Assembly: GCA_963733095.1 (NCBI GenBank) | Contig: CAVTBV010000013.1 | Coordinates: 320,001 to 384,000, forward strand | Direction of reading: 5' to 3' | DNA length: 64,000 nucleotides | From: Candidatus Bathyarchaeota archaeon | Lineage (GTDB): Archaea; Thermoproteota; Bathyarchaeia; Bathyarchaeales; Bathycorpusculaceae | Shown: in pieces, positions 28,606 to 38,637 of the stretch | Layout of the letters: every line of letters begins with the position of its first letter | Numbering within the stretch: the stretch's first letter is position 1 | The notes under the pieces: generated by a model | What the model was told of the DNA's origin: nothing | Database searches by the model: none | The model's input: the letters and a program-made list of their open reading frames with translations, nothing else | Program-made: the position numbers and the translations under genes

Positions 28606-29499
28606 TTAGTTAAATAACTCCAGAAAAGATAAAGCTATGCAGGTTATTGATGAAACCGTTAAGCTCATCGCTACTGTTGATTTTGCACGGCTCCAAGCTT
28701 TTTTGAAGTTTTCTCTATAGACATCAATAATGTTCCGGTCATTTGTCCAAAGCATGCATGAGTTGCCCGTTTCAGTATTTTGCTCGGTGGCAATCCATAT
28801 CTCTTTGTTGTCAATAATCTGGTAGTTTTTGCATGTGGTTCTATCTATTGTTTTAACTGTGAATTTGCTTGTGTTTGGCGCTGTTTTTTCAACAGCTTCT
28901 CTAACAGTATTCTCATCTTCGCTGGTAACTATTATTAGTCGCGTTTTTACGTTGCTATCTGCAATTGTTTGGAGAAAGTCGCGGAAATAATTCACAGATG
29001 ACGTTTGGAGATTCTCAATATTGGTGACTAATAGGCATTCTTTTTTTAGTTTTCTAAAAGTAAAGCGTCCTCGGTTTTTTATTGCTTCATCAGTCGTAAG
29101 AAGAGTAAATCGTGTTTCCTCTCTAACCCGCGGTTGCTCCTGTAACGAGTTAACAACGTCTTTGAGGTTATTTTCTAAGTGAGAAATTCTTTCGTGCGCT
29201 TTTTTTCTTTCTTTTGAAACCAAATTGTCCAATGCTTTTTCAATAGGGATTGCTTCAATCATGAATGGCTTGTCGATAGTTTTTGTTATTAACCCCATTC
29301 TTTCAAGTTTTGGTAATAACTTGTAGATGTCCTGTCTGTGTAGTTGTGTGCTCTTTGAGATTCTTCCCACACGAGTTGACCCAGATTGAACTATGCTCAA
29401 ATATACTTTGGCTTGATTGACGGTAAAACCGAATTTCTCTAATTTTACAACTAAGTCTTCTTGCATCATGTCCAATCTCTCCGAGAGCCTGCCCGACAT
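28606..29499 (-). CDS. TrmB-family transcriptional regulator
   Basis: GFTVNQAKVYL..ISKSTQLHRQDIYKLLPKLERMGLI; PLD-like effector domain (IIDNKE); start re-called to ATG 29499. Confidence 0.88.
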   Translation of the reverse strand: MSGRLSERLDMMQEDLVVKLEKFGFTVNQAKVYLSIVQSGSTRVGRISKSTQLHRQDIYKLLPKLERMGLITKTIDKPFMIEAIPIEKALDNLVSKERKKAHERISHLENNLKDVVNSLQEQPRVREETRFTLLTTDEAIKNRGRFTFRKLKKECLLVTNIENLQTSSVNYFRDFLQTIADSNVKTRLIIVTSEDENTVREAVEKTAPNTSKFTVKTIDRTTCKNYQIIDNKEIWIATEQNTETGNSCMLWTNDRNIIDVYRENFKKAWSRAKSTVAMSLTVSSITCIALSFLELFN

Positions 29500-29563
29500 A
29501 TATTTTAGGCCAAAGTATAGATAAAACTTTCTGTATTCCCTCTTATTTTTTTCAATTTTAATG

Positions 29564-29593
29564 TCAGTGCCCACTTGCCAATCAGTCTTATAA
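29564..29593 (+). promoter_or_regulatory. Conserved 30-bp promoter motif, copy 1
   Basis: tcagtgcccacttgccaatcagtcttataa. Confidence 0.85.
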
Positions 29594-29687
29594 GCTAAAA
29601 ACTTGAACAATAGGGGGCATTGACAAAAACAGATGTCCAATAAGATTTCGTTTTTGTTCAATAAAATTAAATGGAGAAAAAAGAAAA

Positions 29688-32465
29688 ATGCAAATAAGGA
29701 AAAACAAAACAATAGCCACTATTATCGCAATAATACTAGTAACATCAATGGCGATAATGTTAGTACCTCAACCAACCGCTACTGCGGAAGTAATTAACGG
29801 AATTAATTACAATCAAGCAACCGCAGACGCAATCAAAGCAGGCATGCACTGGGACCTCAACACAAACGCTTCAACCATAAGGCTAACTCTTTGGGACCGA
29901 TTCCATGACGCAATCCCAACATGGGTATTCAGCACAATTTCGCCGAACCCAGTAGGTGTTGGTCAGGAATTTAGTATGGTCGTATTCAACCCTCAAGTTC
30001 CATACCAAGCACAAGACACCAACAGCATCCGATACAAATACCACGTAGTAATTACCAAACCTGATGGAACAACCGAAACACTTCCTTCAACAGGTTCGTT
30101 AACTTCTGACTCTACAGGTACAACATATACCAAGTACTCACCAACCCAAGTCGGCAATTACTCTGTAATGGTCGTATTCGAGCAACTTAACTGGCTCTTT
30201 AGCGAAGCCATAGCAGGGAACACCAGCAGCACTTCAGGTGTTGCAGGCCGAGACTACTACGGAGTTACTTTCTTGTCAAGCAACCGCACCTACACTGTGA
30301 CAGTCCAGCAAGACCCTGTGACCTCAAACGCTATAACATACTATCCACTTCCAACTGAATACTGGTCTAGACCCATCGAAGGACAGGACAATACTTGGGG
30401 CGCAGTTTCCTCAAACTGGCTTAACAGCGCTGCTGACCGTGACAATGGAAGTCCTGACAACAGAGTTCAAACTCAAGGAACTGCACCAAACAGCGGACAC
30501 ATTCTTTGGACTAAACCAACTGAAGACGGCGGAGTTGTTGGCGGAGAAGCAGACGCGTTTTTGGGAGATCGCGAAGGGCAGGTTTTCAATGCAGGACACC
30601 AGTACCAAACCAGGATGCAGGACACTTCGATCATCATGTACGGCAGACTCTACTACCAAGAACCAATATCTTGGGCTGGTACTGGAGGCGCCTGGGTATG
30701 TGTTGATCTAAAGACTGGGCAGGAAGTCTGGCGAAACCAAACCATGAGTGCGGCACCCTCCTTTGGCTACTACCGTGAGTATGATGACATGAACCAACAT
30801 GGAGTCATTAACCCAGGCTACATATTCTCAAACAACTTTGGCGCAGTAATACACCCACGTTACGGAACAACCCTTCCTGACTCTGTTAATCCATTCTCAG
30901 GTCAAACCACGCCGGCACTAAAAATCACTGATGTACCGTCAGGCACTATCGTTGCTGGTCCAAAAGGTGAGCAATTACGCTACATAATACAGCGAGAAGG
31001 CACTGACTGGAGACTATTTGAATGGAACTCCTCTAGAGTCTTCGAATACCAGACCACTGGAACATATAATGCAAGCCTTGCAAGCCGCATCCAAGTACCA
31101 TCTACAGCGCCCAACCAACCCTTCTTACCAACTTGGGACTTTAACGTTTCAATATCCACAACTCTGCCAACAAACTGGAACCCAACTATTCTACAAGTTG
31201 TACGCGGCGATTATCTTCTAGGAAGCAACGGCACACTACCAAGAGCAGGCACAAGCTCACTTTACTACCACAACCAGGACGTATCAACTCTATTTGCCCT
31301 CAGCTTAAAGCCGGGCGAAGAAGGAAAATTGCTCTGGATGAAGAACTTTGACATGACCTTTGTTAACAGCAACAAAGAAACCATACAGAGACTCTTTATC
31401 CGCTCTGGCGAAGGTGTTTTCGTCATGCAGGAGATGCCCTCACTTACTTGGCTGGGATTTGATGTTTACACCGGAAATCTAATGTGGACCTCTGAACCGC
31501 AGGCTGATGTTAACCCATTCGGCTACTACAGTTGGGTCAGTCTCATGAACGTCTATGGATCATCGATCTATGATGGAACACTGATTACTGCTGGCTACAC
31601 TGGACATGTATTCTGCTATAACCTTACTACGGGAGAATTGCTCTGGAAGCAAGCAGCCTTAACTGGCGGTGAGATCTTTAAGTACTACACTGTATTCCAC
31701 GGCTTAACTGCTGATGGCAAAGTCTTCATCGGAACCCACGAACACTCGGCAGATACCCCGCTTCTAAAGGGCGCGCAGGTTAGAGTCTTTAACCTTACTA
31801 CTGGCGAAGTTGTCTGGAGTATGCTTGGCTGGGCTAACCCATCGACATTCACTCTTGGAGATGGAGTACTGACCTACTGGAACAACTATGATCACCAAGT
31901 CTACGCCGTCGGCAAAGGTCCAAGCAGCACGACTGTTTCAATCACCAACGACGTTGTCCCATCGGGCAGCAGTGTGATGATAAAGGGCACTGTAACTGAT
32001 GTTTCACCAGGCACAACGCAATCTGTGAATGCTATGCGATTCCCCAACGGAGTTCCTGCGGTTTCTGATGCAAGCCAAAGTGCATGGATGGAATACATTT
32101 ACATGGAAAAGCCACGCCCAACCAACGTAACTGGCGTAACTGTTGCTTTGAGTGTTGTCGATGCGAACGGTAATCAAAGAGAAATCGGCACAACTACTGC
32201 GAACGCTGATGGTTTCTTTAGCTTCGATTGGCAGCCAGACATTGACGGCCAATTCACTGTTACAGCTACTTTTGCAGGCAGCGAATCTTACTGGCCATCA
32301 CATGCAGTGACAGCATTCAATGTTGACGCTGCCCCAGCACCTACTCAGACTTCAGAGACAACCATCAATTTGCCGCCAACTGAGATGTACATCGCAGCTT
32401 CGACTATCGCCATCATTGTGGCAATCGCCTTAGTTGGCGTGTTGCTGCTAAAGAAGAAAGCGTAA
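29688..32465 (+). CDS. Membrane-anchored PQQ-like beta-propeller surface protein 1
   Basis: Signal peptide; YPLPTEYW.RPI; repeated TGE..W blades; EHS; RFPNGVPAVSD; C-terminal TM plus KKKA. Confidence 0.9.
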   Translation: MQIRKNKTIATIIAIILVTSMAIMLVPQPTATAEVINGINYNQATADAIKAGMHWDLNTNASTIRLTLWDRFHDAIPTWVFSTISPNPVGVGQEFSMVVFNPQVPYQAQDTNSIRYKYHVVITKPDGTTETLPSTGSLTSDSTGTTYTKYSPTQVGNYSVMVVFEQLNWLFSEAIAGNTSSTSGVAGRDYYGVTFLSSNRTYTVTVQQDPVTSNAITYYPLPTEYWSRPIEGQDNTWGAVSSNWLNSAADRDNGSPDNRVQTQGTAPNSGHILWTKPTEDGGVVGGEADAFLGDREGQVFNAGHQYQTRMQDTSIIMYGRLYYQEPISWAGTGGAWVCVDLKTGQEVWRNQTMSAAPSFGYYREYDDMNQHGVINPGYIFSNNFGAVIHPRYGTTLPDSVNPFSGQTTPALKITDVPSGTIVAGPKGEQLRYIIQREGTDWRLFEWNSSRVFEYQTTGTYNASLASRIQVPSTAPNQPFLPTWDFNVSISTTLPTNWNPTILQVVRGDYLLGSNGTLPRAGTSSLYYHNQDVSTLFALSLKPGEEGKLLWMKNFDMTFVNSNKETIQRLFIRSGEGVFVMQEMPSLTWLGFDVYTGNLMWTSEPQADVNPFGYYSWVSLMNVYGSSIYDGTLITAGYTGHVFCYNLTTGELLWKQAALTGGEIFKYYTVFHGLTADGKVFIGTHEHSADTPLLKGAQVRVFNLTTGEVVWSMLGWANPSTFTLGDGVLTYWNNYDHQVYAVGKGPSSTTVSITNDVVPSGSSVMIKGTVTDVSPGTTQSVNAMRFPNGVPAVSDASQSAWMEYIYMEKPRPTNVTGVTVALSVVDANGNQREIGTTTANADGFFSFDWQPDIDGQFTVTATFAGSESYWPSHAVTAFNVDAAPAPTQTSETTINLPPTEMYIAASTIAIIVAIALVGVLLLKKKA

Positions 32466-32481
32466 GAAGACCAACATAAAC

Positions 32482-32504
32482 AAACAATCTTTCCCCTTTT
32501 TTAG
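32482..32504 (+). terminator. Pyrimidine/T-run terminator, near-identical after all three propeller genes
   Basis: aaacaatctttccccttttttag; similar sequences at ~35551-35571 and ~51449-51471. Confidence 0.65.
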
Positions 32505-32522
32505 TCTTTTAATGCATTAGAG

Positions 32523-32630
32523 AAAAAATGCGGGCTGAGTAGGCTCTGGTTACAGTTATCCTGGGGATGCGCATTTGCATTTGCGTTCTTCTCTCCTAAA
32601 AAATCCTCGCTCCAGAGCCTCAGCAAACCC
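32523..32630 (-). ncRNA. Structured RNA family copy B
   Basis: Minus strand gggtttgctgaggctctgg..ggagagaagaacgcaaatgcaaatgcg..ccagagcctactcagccc then T6; ttttaaac TATA-like 17 nt upstream. Confidence 0.6.
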
Positions 32631-32722
32631 ATCATATTACTCGAAAAGTTTAAAATCGACATTTCGGTTTATAGAAGATACTTTTTTAATTATGATTTGA
32701 ATAGATTTCAACTTTTTTAGCA

Positions 32723-32752
32723 TCAGTGCCCCCTTGCCACGCAGTATTATAA
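32723..32752 (+). promoter_or_regulatory. Conserved 30-bp promoter motif, copy 2
   Basis: tcagtgcccccttgccacgcagtattataa. Confidence 0.85.
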
Positions 32753-32842
32753 GCCATAACCTATCATAATCAACGACTGCGCAAAACAAATCTTTCAACA
32801 GGTTTGTTTCCGCTCAAAGAAATGCATGGAGAAAAAAGAAAA

Positions 32843-35536
32843 ATGCAAACATTGAAAAACAAAACTATGGCAATAATTTTCGCTCTATTAATGATAACGT
32901 CAACAGCAAGCGCAATATCAATTCTTCCTACTGCAAGCGCACATGATCCCGCATGGACTTTCCCAAGCTACTCTTACATCGTTCCAGCACCAGACCCAAT
33001 CGGCGTCGGCCAAACTGGCGCTATCGTAATGTGGGTTGATTACCCACTGCCAGGTGCGTTAGTTACAAACGACATTAGACGCCATGACTACACCCTAACC
33101 ATTACCAAGCCAGACGGAACAACCCAAACACAGCATTGGGACCGCAACACCCCTGATGCAGATACAACCGGTATTCAATACTGGCAATACACCCCTGACC
33201 AAGTTGGAACATATATTCTCAAATTCGACTACGGCGGGCAAGTCTTTACATGGCCCGGAACATACAACGGCGATATCTACTCACCTTCAACAAAATCAGT
33301 AAACTGGACAGTACAACAAGAACAGTTGCCTGCACCCATAACGACATATCCGCTTCCAACCGAATACTGGACACACCCAATTGAGGGACAAAACACTGAC
33401 TGGTGGCTAATCTCATCAAACTGGCTGGGTACGCCACAAATCGTCAACAGGTTCCAACCCTACGGTGCAGCACCTAACAGTGCACACGTTATGTGGTCTA
33501 AGCCTATTCAACAAGGCGGAGTGGTCGGTGGCATGATAGGTCCATCTGAAGATGAACCAGTCAAAACATACTACATGGGTGGGTCATACAACACACGATT
33601 CAGCAACGCATTAATCATGAACGGCAAAATCTACTACGAACTGCCATACGGCAACTCAGGCAGCGGCGGCGGATACGTCTGCAACGACCTAAGGACAGGC
33701 GAAGAGCTTTGGCGAATTAACACAACACAAGTAGGCATCGGAGCATCAGCCACTAACCTCGTGCCATCATTCGGCTGGCTCGAATCCTTTGATGACGGCA
33801 ATCAACACGGCGCACTACCAAATGGCTTGATAGTTGCAACTTCTGGCTCCACATGGTATGGATATGACCCAGATACAGGTGTACTCACAAGAATGAACAT
33901 CACTAACGTCCCAACAGGTACATCAGTTGCAGGTCCAAAAGGCTCAATCCTACGTTTCTGCCTTGTCAACTATGGTACAGCGGCAGATCCACAATGGTAT
34001 CTACAAGAGTGGAACTCAACCAAACTCATTTCATCACCTGGAGGCATAGGACAATCAGGCTGGTACACCGGTACAATACGGGCAGATATTCCAATAACTC
34101 CTGAAAGACCAACAACAAACGCGGGATCGGGACGGACATGGGCTTGGAACGGAACGGGATGGAGCGCAGTGTCTACCGCACAGGCAACAGGAACAACAAC
34201 ACGTTTTGACTTCAACAAATCGATAACATTGATGAATGGTGCATCATGGTCAATCAATAGCTATTCAGCCTATAACGGTTACTTACTATTGACTCAAGGG
34301 CGTTTCGGAGGCAGAGCAGATACTTACTATAGCGGAGACTGGTACGGCGCAAACATAACCTGCATCAGCACCAAACCTGACAACTGGGGAACAGTCTTAT
34401 GGTCTAAGTATTTCCCAGCACCACCAGGCAACGTTACACGTGACCTTGTCGGCGTCGACCAGCAAAACGGTGTCTTCATATTCGAAGACCGCGAATTGCT
34501 ATCCCACACAGGCTACAGTCTAGCAACTGGCGAGAAAATCTGGGGACCAACTGAACCAGTCGACCAATATGACTACTTCAGATCAACCACCCGTGTTGCC
34601 TACGGTAACTTCTACTTTGGCGGTTACGGCGGTATAGTTTACTGCTATGACACCTTAACTGGCAAATTAGAGTGGACTTACGGCAACGGAGGCGAAGGCA
34701 ACAGCACTGCAAGTGGTCTAGTAACCGCTTGGGGACACTACCCAGTGTTCTTCCCAGCAATCGCAGACGGCAAAGTCTTCTTGGCAACAACAGAGCATTC
34801 CCCCGACTCACCATACTACAAGGGTGCACAAGTACGGGTAATCAACGCAACGACCGGCGAAGAAATATGGACACTTGAAGGTTGGGGTACCGGCATGGAT
34901 GCCAACTACGACATTGTCGCAGACGGCTATTATGCTTACTTCAACGGCTATGATAGCAAAGTCTACGTCATTGGCAAGGGTCCAAGTGAAACCTCAATAA
35001 ACATTCAAAACAATGTCATATCAATGGGCAACAATGTTTTGATTGAGGGTACAGTAACAGATATCGCTGCTGGCACTAAACAGAATGAGCAAGCTGCACG
35101 TTTCCCGCAAGGCGTTCCCGCAGTCTCTGACGCAAGCCAAAAAGCATGGATGGAATACGTCTACTTCCAGAAACCACGTCCAACGGATGTTACAGGCGTC
35201 GACGTTGCATTGAAAGTAATTGACCCCAACGGTAACACCTACAACATCGGAACTGCAACAAGCGATGCATACGGACACTACACCCTAATGTACAAACCTG
35301 AAGTGCCCGGAACCTACACAGTTGTCGCCGCATTCAGCGGAACGGAATCATATTACCCATCATACTCTGAAGCAGCCTTCGGTGTATCAGACGCATCACC
35401 AACAGCAGCCCCAACAGCAGAGCCCCTAAAATCCGTAGCTGACACATACTTCATCCCAGCAGTCACAGGCATAATCATAGCAATAGCCATAGTTGGCGCT
35501 TTATTAGCAATCATGTTGCTAAGAAAGCGACCTTAA
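32843..35536 (+). CDS. Membrane-anchored PQQ-like beta-propeller surface protein 2
   Basis: Paralog of 29688; start re-called to ATG after ggagaaaaaagaaa; ends LLRKRP. Confidence 0.9.
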   Translation: MQTLKNKTMAIIFALLMITSTASAISILPTASAHDPAWTFPSYSYIVPAPDPIGVGQTGAIVMWVDYPLPGALVTNDIRRHDYTLTITKPDGTTQTQHWDRNTPDADTTGIQYWQYTPDQVGTYILKFDYGGQVFTWPGTYNGDIYSPSTKSVNWTVQQEQLPAPITTYPLPTEYWTHPIEGQNTDWWLISSNWLGTPQIVNRFQPYGAAPNSAHVMWSKPIQQGGVVGGMIGPSEDEPVKTYYMGGSYNTRFSNALIMNGKIYYELPYGNSGSGGGYVCNDLRTGEELWRINTTQVGIGASATNLVPSFGWLESFDDGNQHGALPNGLIVATSGSTWYGYDPDTGVLTRMNITNVPTGTSVAGPKGSILRFCLVNYGTAADPQWYLQEWNSTKLISSPGGIGQSGWYTGTIRADIPITPERPTTNAGSGRTWAWNGTGWSAVSTAQATGTTTRFDFNKSITLMNGASWSINSYSAYNGYLLLTQGRFGGRADTYYSGDWYGANITCISTKPDNWGTVLWSKYFPAPPGNVTRDLVGVDQQNGVFIFEDRELLSHTGYSLATGEKIWGPTEPVDQYDYFRSTTRVAYGNFYFGGYGGIVYCYDTLTGKLEWTYGNGGEGNSTASGLVTAWGHYPVFFPAIADGKVFLATTEHSPDSPYYKGAQVRVINATTGEEIWTLEGWGTGMDANYDIVADGYYAYFNGYDSKVYVIGKGPSETSINIQNNVISMGNNVLIEGTVTDIAAGTKQNEQAARFPQGVPAVSDASQKAWMEYVYFQKPRPTDVTGVDVALKVIDPNGNTYNIGTATSDAYGHYTLMYKPEVPGTYTVVAAFSGTESYYPSYSEAAFGVSDASPTAAPTAEPLKSVADTYFIPAVTGIIIAIAIVGALLAIMLLRKRP

Positions 35537-35590
35537 AAAATCTAAAACCCAAACAATCTTCCCTTTTTTAGTTTTTTTAACGTATTGGAG

Positions 35591-35698
35591 AAAAAGTTTA
35601 GGGCTGAGTAAGCTCTTGTTACAGCTTACTCGTGATACGCATTTGCATTTGCGTTCTCCTCTCTTAAAATCCCTGCCCCCAGAGCCTCACTAAACCCC
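35591..35698 (-). ncRNA. Structured RNA family copy C
   Basis: Minus strand ggggtttagtgaggctctgg..gaggagaacgcaaatgcaaatgcgt..caagagcttactcagccc then T5. Confidence 0.6.
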
Positions 35699-35793
35699 TC
35701 CATAATCTTTAAACACATTTTCCTTGAACCGTTAAGCCAATCGATATGCATTTAGGTTTGAAAACAAGATATACAAGAAATAGTTGATGCTCG

Positions 35794-37077
35794 ATGACTT
35801 TGGTTAAAATAAGAGAAGTATTAGCTGGCAACTGCAAGGAACAGAACGTCACCGTTCGCGGATGGGTTTACCGTAAACGCGAAGGAAAAGAACTCATATT
35901 CCTATTAATCCGCGATTCCACTGGCGTAATCCAGTGCACCATAAAGAAAACCAGCCCCGGATGGAATGAAGCCCAAAAAATAACAATTGAATCCTCACTT
36001 ACCCTTGAAGGAACCGCCAAAGAGGACAAGCGTGCCCCAGGCGGATTTGAAATCGGGGCAGAAAGCCTCAGCATCTTGGGGTTAGCCGAAACTTTTCCCA
36101 TCTCCAAAGACAAAAGTGAAGAATTCATACGTGACATGCGCCACCTGTGGTTACGAAGCAGAAAAATGAACTTGGTTATGAAGGTCCGTGCAGAGGTGTT
36201 AGACGCAGCCCGCGAATACTTCAAGAGCCAAAAATACATTGAGGTCTCTCCGCCCATGTTCATTTCAGCAGCAGTTGAAGGTGGCTCAACACTTTTCGGT
36301 TTAAAATACTTTGACCAAGAACTATACTTAACCCAAAGCAGCCAACTCTACCTCGAAATACTCATCTATTCATTAGAAAACGTCTACTGCATTGCGCCGT
36401 CGTTCCGTGCAGAAAAAAGCCGAACCATCCGTCACTTGACTGAGTACTGGCACATTGAGGGTGAATGGCCTTTTGCAGACATGAATGATTTGATAAAGTT
36501 TGAAGAAGGCTTAATGTCACATGTTTGCCAAGTCATCGGTGAGCGGTGCCAAGCTGAATTCAAGGAATTGGGCGCTGACATTGAAAAACTCAAAGCGGTG
36601 GCGGTGCCGTTTCCAAGAATAACCTACAAGGAAGCTATAGAGAGGCTAAAACCTAAAAACCCAGCCCTAAATTGGGGTTCAGACCTTGGCTATGAGGACG
36701 AGAAAGTTTTAGCTGAAGACTTCGGCAAACCTTTCTTCGTTTACGATTACCCCACTGAAATCAAAGCTTTCTATTGCAAAACCTATCGTGACCACCCAGA
36801 AGTTGCAATGTCAGTTGACATGATGGTGCCCCGTATCGGTGAAATCAGCACAGGCGGCGCAAGAGAGGAAAACAAAGACATACTTATCAAGCGCATGAAG
36901 GCGCAGGGTCTAAAACCTGAAGACTATGAATGGTACCTTGATCTGCGACGCTACGGCACAGTCCCACATGTCGGCTTTGGGATGGGGCTTGAGAGGCTTC
37001 TGGTTTGGATGCTGGACTTAGACAACATCATCGATGCCATCCCATTCCCAAGAACCACCCGCAGGTTCTACCCCTAA
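35794..37077 (+). CDS. asnS: Asparagine--tRNA ligase
   Basis: OB-fold RGWV; LTQSSQLYLE; SFRAEKSRT.RHLTEYWH; PHVGFGMGLER. Confidence 0.93.
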   Translation: MTLVKIREVLAGNCKEQNVTVRGWVYRKREGKELIFLLIRDSTGVIQCTIKKTSPGWNEAQKITIESSLTLEGTAKEDKRAPGGFEIGAESLSILGLAETFPISKDKSEEFIRDMRHLWLRSRKMNLVMKVRAEVLDAAREYFKSQKYIEVSPPMFISAAVEGGSTLFGLKYFDQELYLTQSSQLYLEILIYSLENVYCIAPSFRAEKSRTIRHLTEYWHIEGEWPFADMNDLIKFEEGLMSHVCQVIGERCQAEFKELGADIEKLKAVAVPFPRITYKEAIERLKPKNPALNWGSDLGYEDEKVLAEDFGKPFFVYDYPTEIKAFYCKTYRDHPEVAMSVDMMVPRIGEISTGGAREENKDILIKRMKAQGLKPEDYEWYLDLRRYGTVPHVGFGMGLERLLVWMLDLDNIIDAIPFPRTTRRFYP

Positions 37078-37090
37078 CCCCTCTTTATTT

Positions 37091-37792
37091 TTAGTACCCT
37101 GAAAAGAGTTCTCGCTTCAATTTTTCTTTAGGCAACCCCAAACTTACCACGAGTCGTTCCATAGCTTCAATCATCGGTGGCGGCCCGCAAGTGTAGAACA
37201 TGTTCTCTTCGTAATCGGGCAAATGCTGCTTTATCAAGTCAGCGTTTATTATGCCTGTGGCTCCCGTCCAACCCTGCGGGGCAGGCGTATTAACGGTGAA
37301 TACCAACTTGAGGTTTCCGTTTTTCGCTGCAAGCTCCTCAAATTCTTTGCGGAAAGCGATATCTTGGGGGGTTCGGCAACCATAGAACAGCGTGATTTTA
37401 CTGCTTAACCCTTTGTCGGTGGCGTTTTTGCAAAAACTCATAAAAGGTGTTATTCCAATGCCACCGCCAAGCAACGCGATTTTGGGGTATTCACCTTCAA
37501 AAGTGAATTGTCCAAACGGTCCATCTACACTTGCCCAGTCGCCAACATTTGCCGCTTTCAGCGCAAGGGAGTATTCATGGTCGGTGAACTTTTTTGTGAA
37601 TTCGATATGGTCTTTTTCCGTTGGGCTGCTGCTGAAGCTGAAGTGTTTCTTCAACTCTTTGTCGCCTTGTTTTAGGGTTACAAAAAAGAATTGACCTGGC
37701 TTGTATTCTAGTTCGGCTGGTCGTGGGAACCTGAAGCTGGTTACGTCATGAGTGCGGGGTATTATTTCTTGGAATTTAGTTTCAAACTTCAT
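37091..37792 (-). CDS. FNR-family FAD/NAD(P)H oxidoreductase
   Basis: YKPGQF, HFSFSSSP, GGIGITPF, YTCGPPPM. Confidence 0.92.
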   Translation of the reverse strand: MKFETKFQEIIPRTHDVTSFRFPRPAELEYKPGQFFFVTLKQGDKELKKHFSFSSSPTEKDHIEFTKKFTDHEYSLALKAANVGDWASVDGPFGQFTFEGEYPKIALLGGGIGITPFMSFCKNATDKGLSSKITLFYGCRTPQDIAFRKEFEELAAKNGNLKLVFTVNTPAPQGWTGATGIINADLIKQHLPDYEENMFYTCGPPPMIEAMERLVVSLGLPKEKLKRELFSGY

Positions 37793-38085
37793 TAAAGCAC
37801 CTTAAAAATGTAGTTTATATAGTGACCTTTAGAAGTTATAACTTTTTTGGCTGAAGAAATTACCGCTCCTTTCCAACATACTGCTGACCTCAGAACAACC
37901 CAATTCTGACTACCTTTATCGTTTCTGTAATGAATTTCTCTTAGGCTCATAATATGTTGGTACTTGCCTACCTCTCTAAAGGCCAAGTGCAACGGTTGGA
38001 TATTAGGATTCAAATATGAAATGCTTCTTTAAAAACTCATATATCCTAAGTTACAATAAGAATATCAACAAGCCAGAGCCCAAAA

Positions 38086-38637
38086 ATGAGTACTGATAAT
38101 CACATGGAAGCCACCTATAGACTTTCCAATTATTTAAAAAGCCACAAAGCGTCGCTTGGCTTGTTTTTGGCAGCTTACGGAACATTCTACCTAACATCGG
38201 TAGTGCTGAGCGGTTGGGCACTGGCTGATTGGGGAAAAAACATCGTTCTCTACCCGCCCTCAACCGTAAACACAGTCCTTCCCCGCAGTTTTATCGAACC
38301 TATGTTTTTTGTCTCAAGCTTCCCCGCATTGATAATAGGTGCGGCCATGCTGTGCATTTATAGCATACGCGGAATTTCATCAGAAGCATTTGCCGATAAA
38401 CAGTACGCTGCCATATTGTTAACTGCCTTTGGGTTTAGTTATATTGTGATTGGTGCTTGGCCGCTTGGTCAAAAAGATGTTTTTCCTTGGGAGTGGCAAA
38501 AACAGATAATCAGCTTTGCGCCAGGCTTTGCTTGGATATTGTACATTTTGGGTTTGGCGATTCTGGCAGTTGGCGCCGTCTCGCTCTACAAGCATAGCTT
38601 GATTTACCATCAAAAACATTCGGACGAGGCAGAGTAA
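38086..38637 (+). CDS. Four-TM membrane protein
   Basis: Four hydrophobic segments; abuts the ATPase start. Confidence 0.8.
   Translation: MSTDNHMEATYRLSNYLKSHKASLGLFLAAYGTFYLTSVVLSGWALADWGKNIVLYPPSTVNTVLPRSFIEPMFFVSSFPALIIGAAMLCIYSIRGISSEAFADKQYAAILLTAFGFSYIVIGAWPLGQKDVFPWEWQKQIISFAPGFAWILYILGLAILAVGAVSLYKHSLIYHQKHSDEAE

Noticed and set aside
29500-29712. N-terminal extension of the TrmB ORF in the ORF track
   Set aside because: Runs through the divergent promoter and overlaps the propeller start; the domain begins after ATG 29499.
32543-32581. Possible micro-peptide MQMRI.. in RNA copies B and C
   Set aside because: An indel changes the frame between copies (23 vs 9 codons) and copy A has no ATG there.
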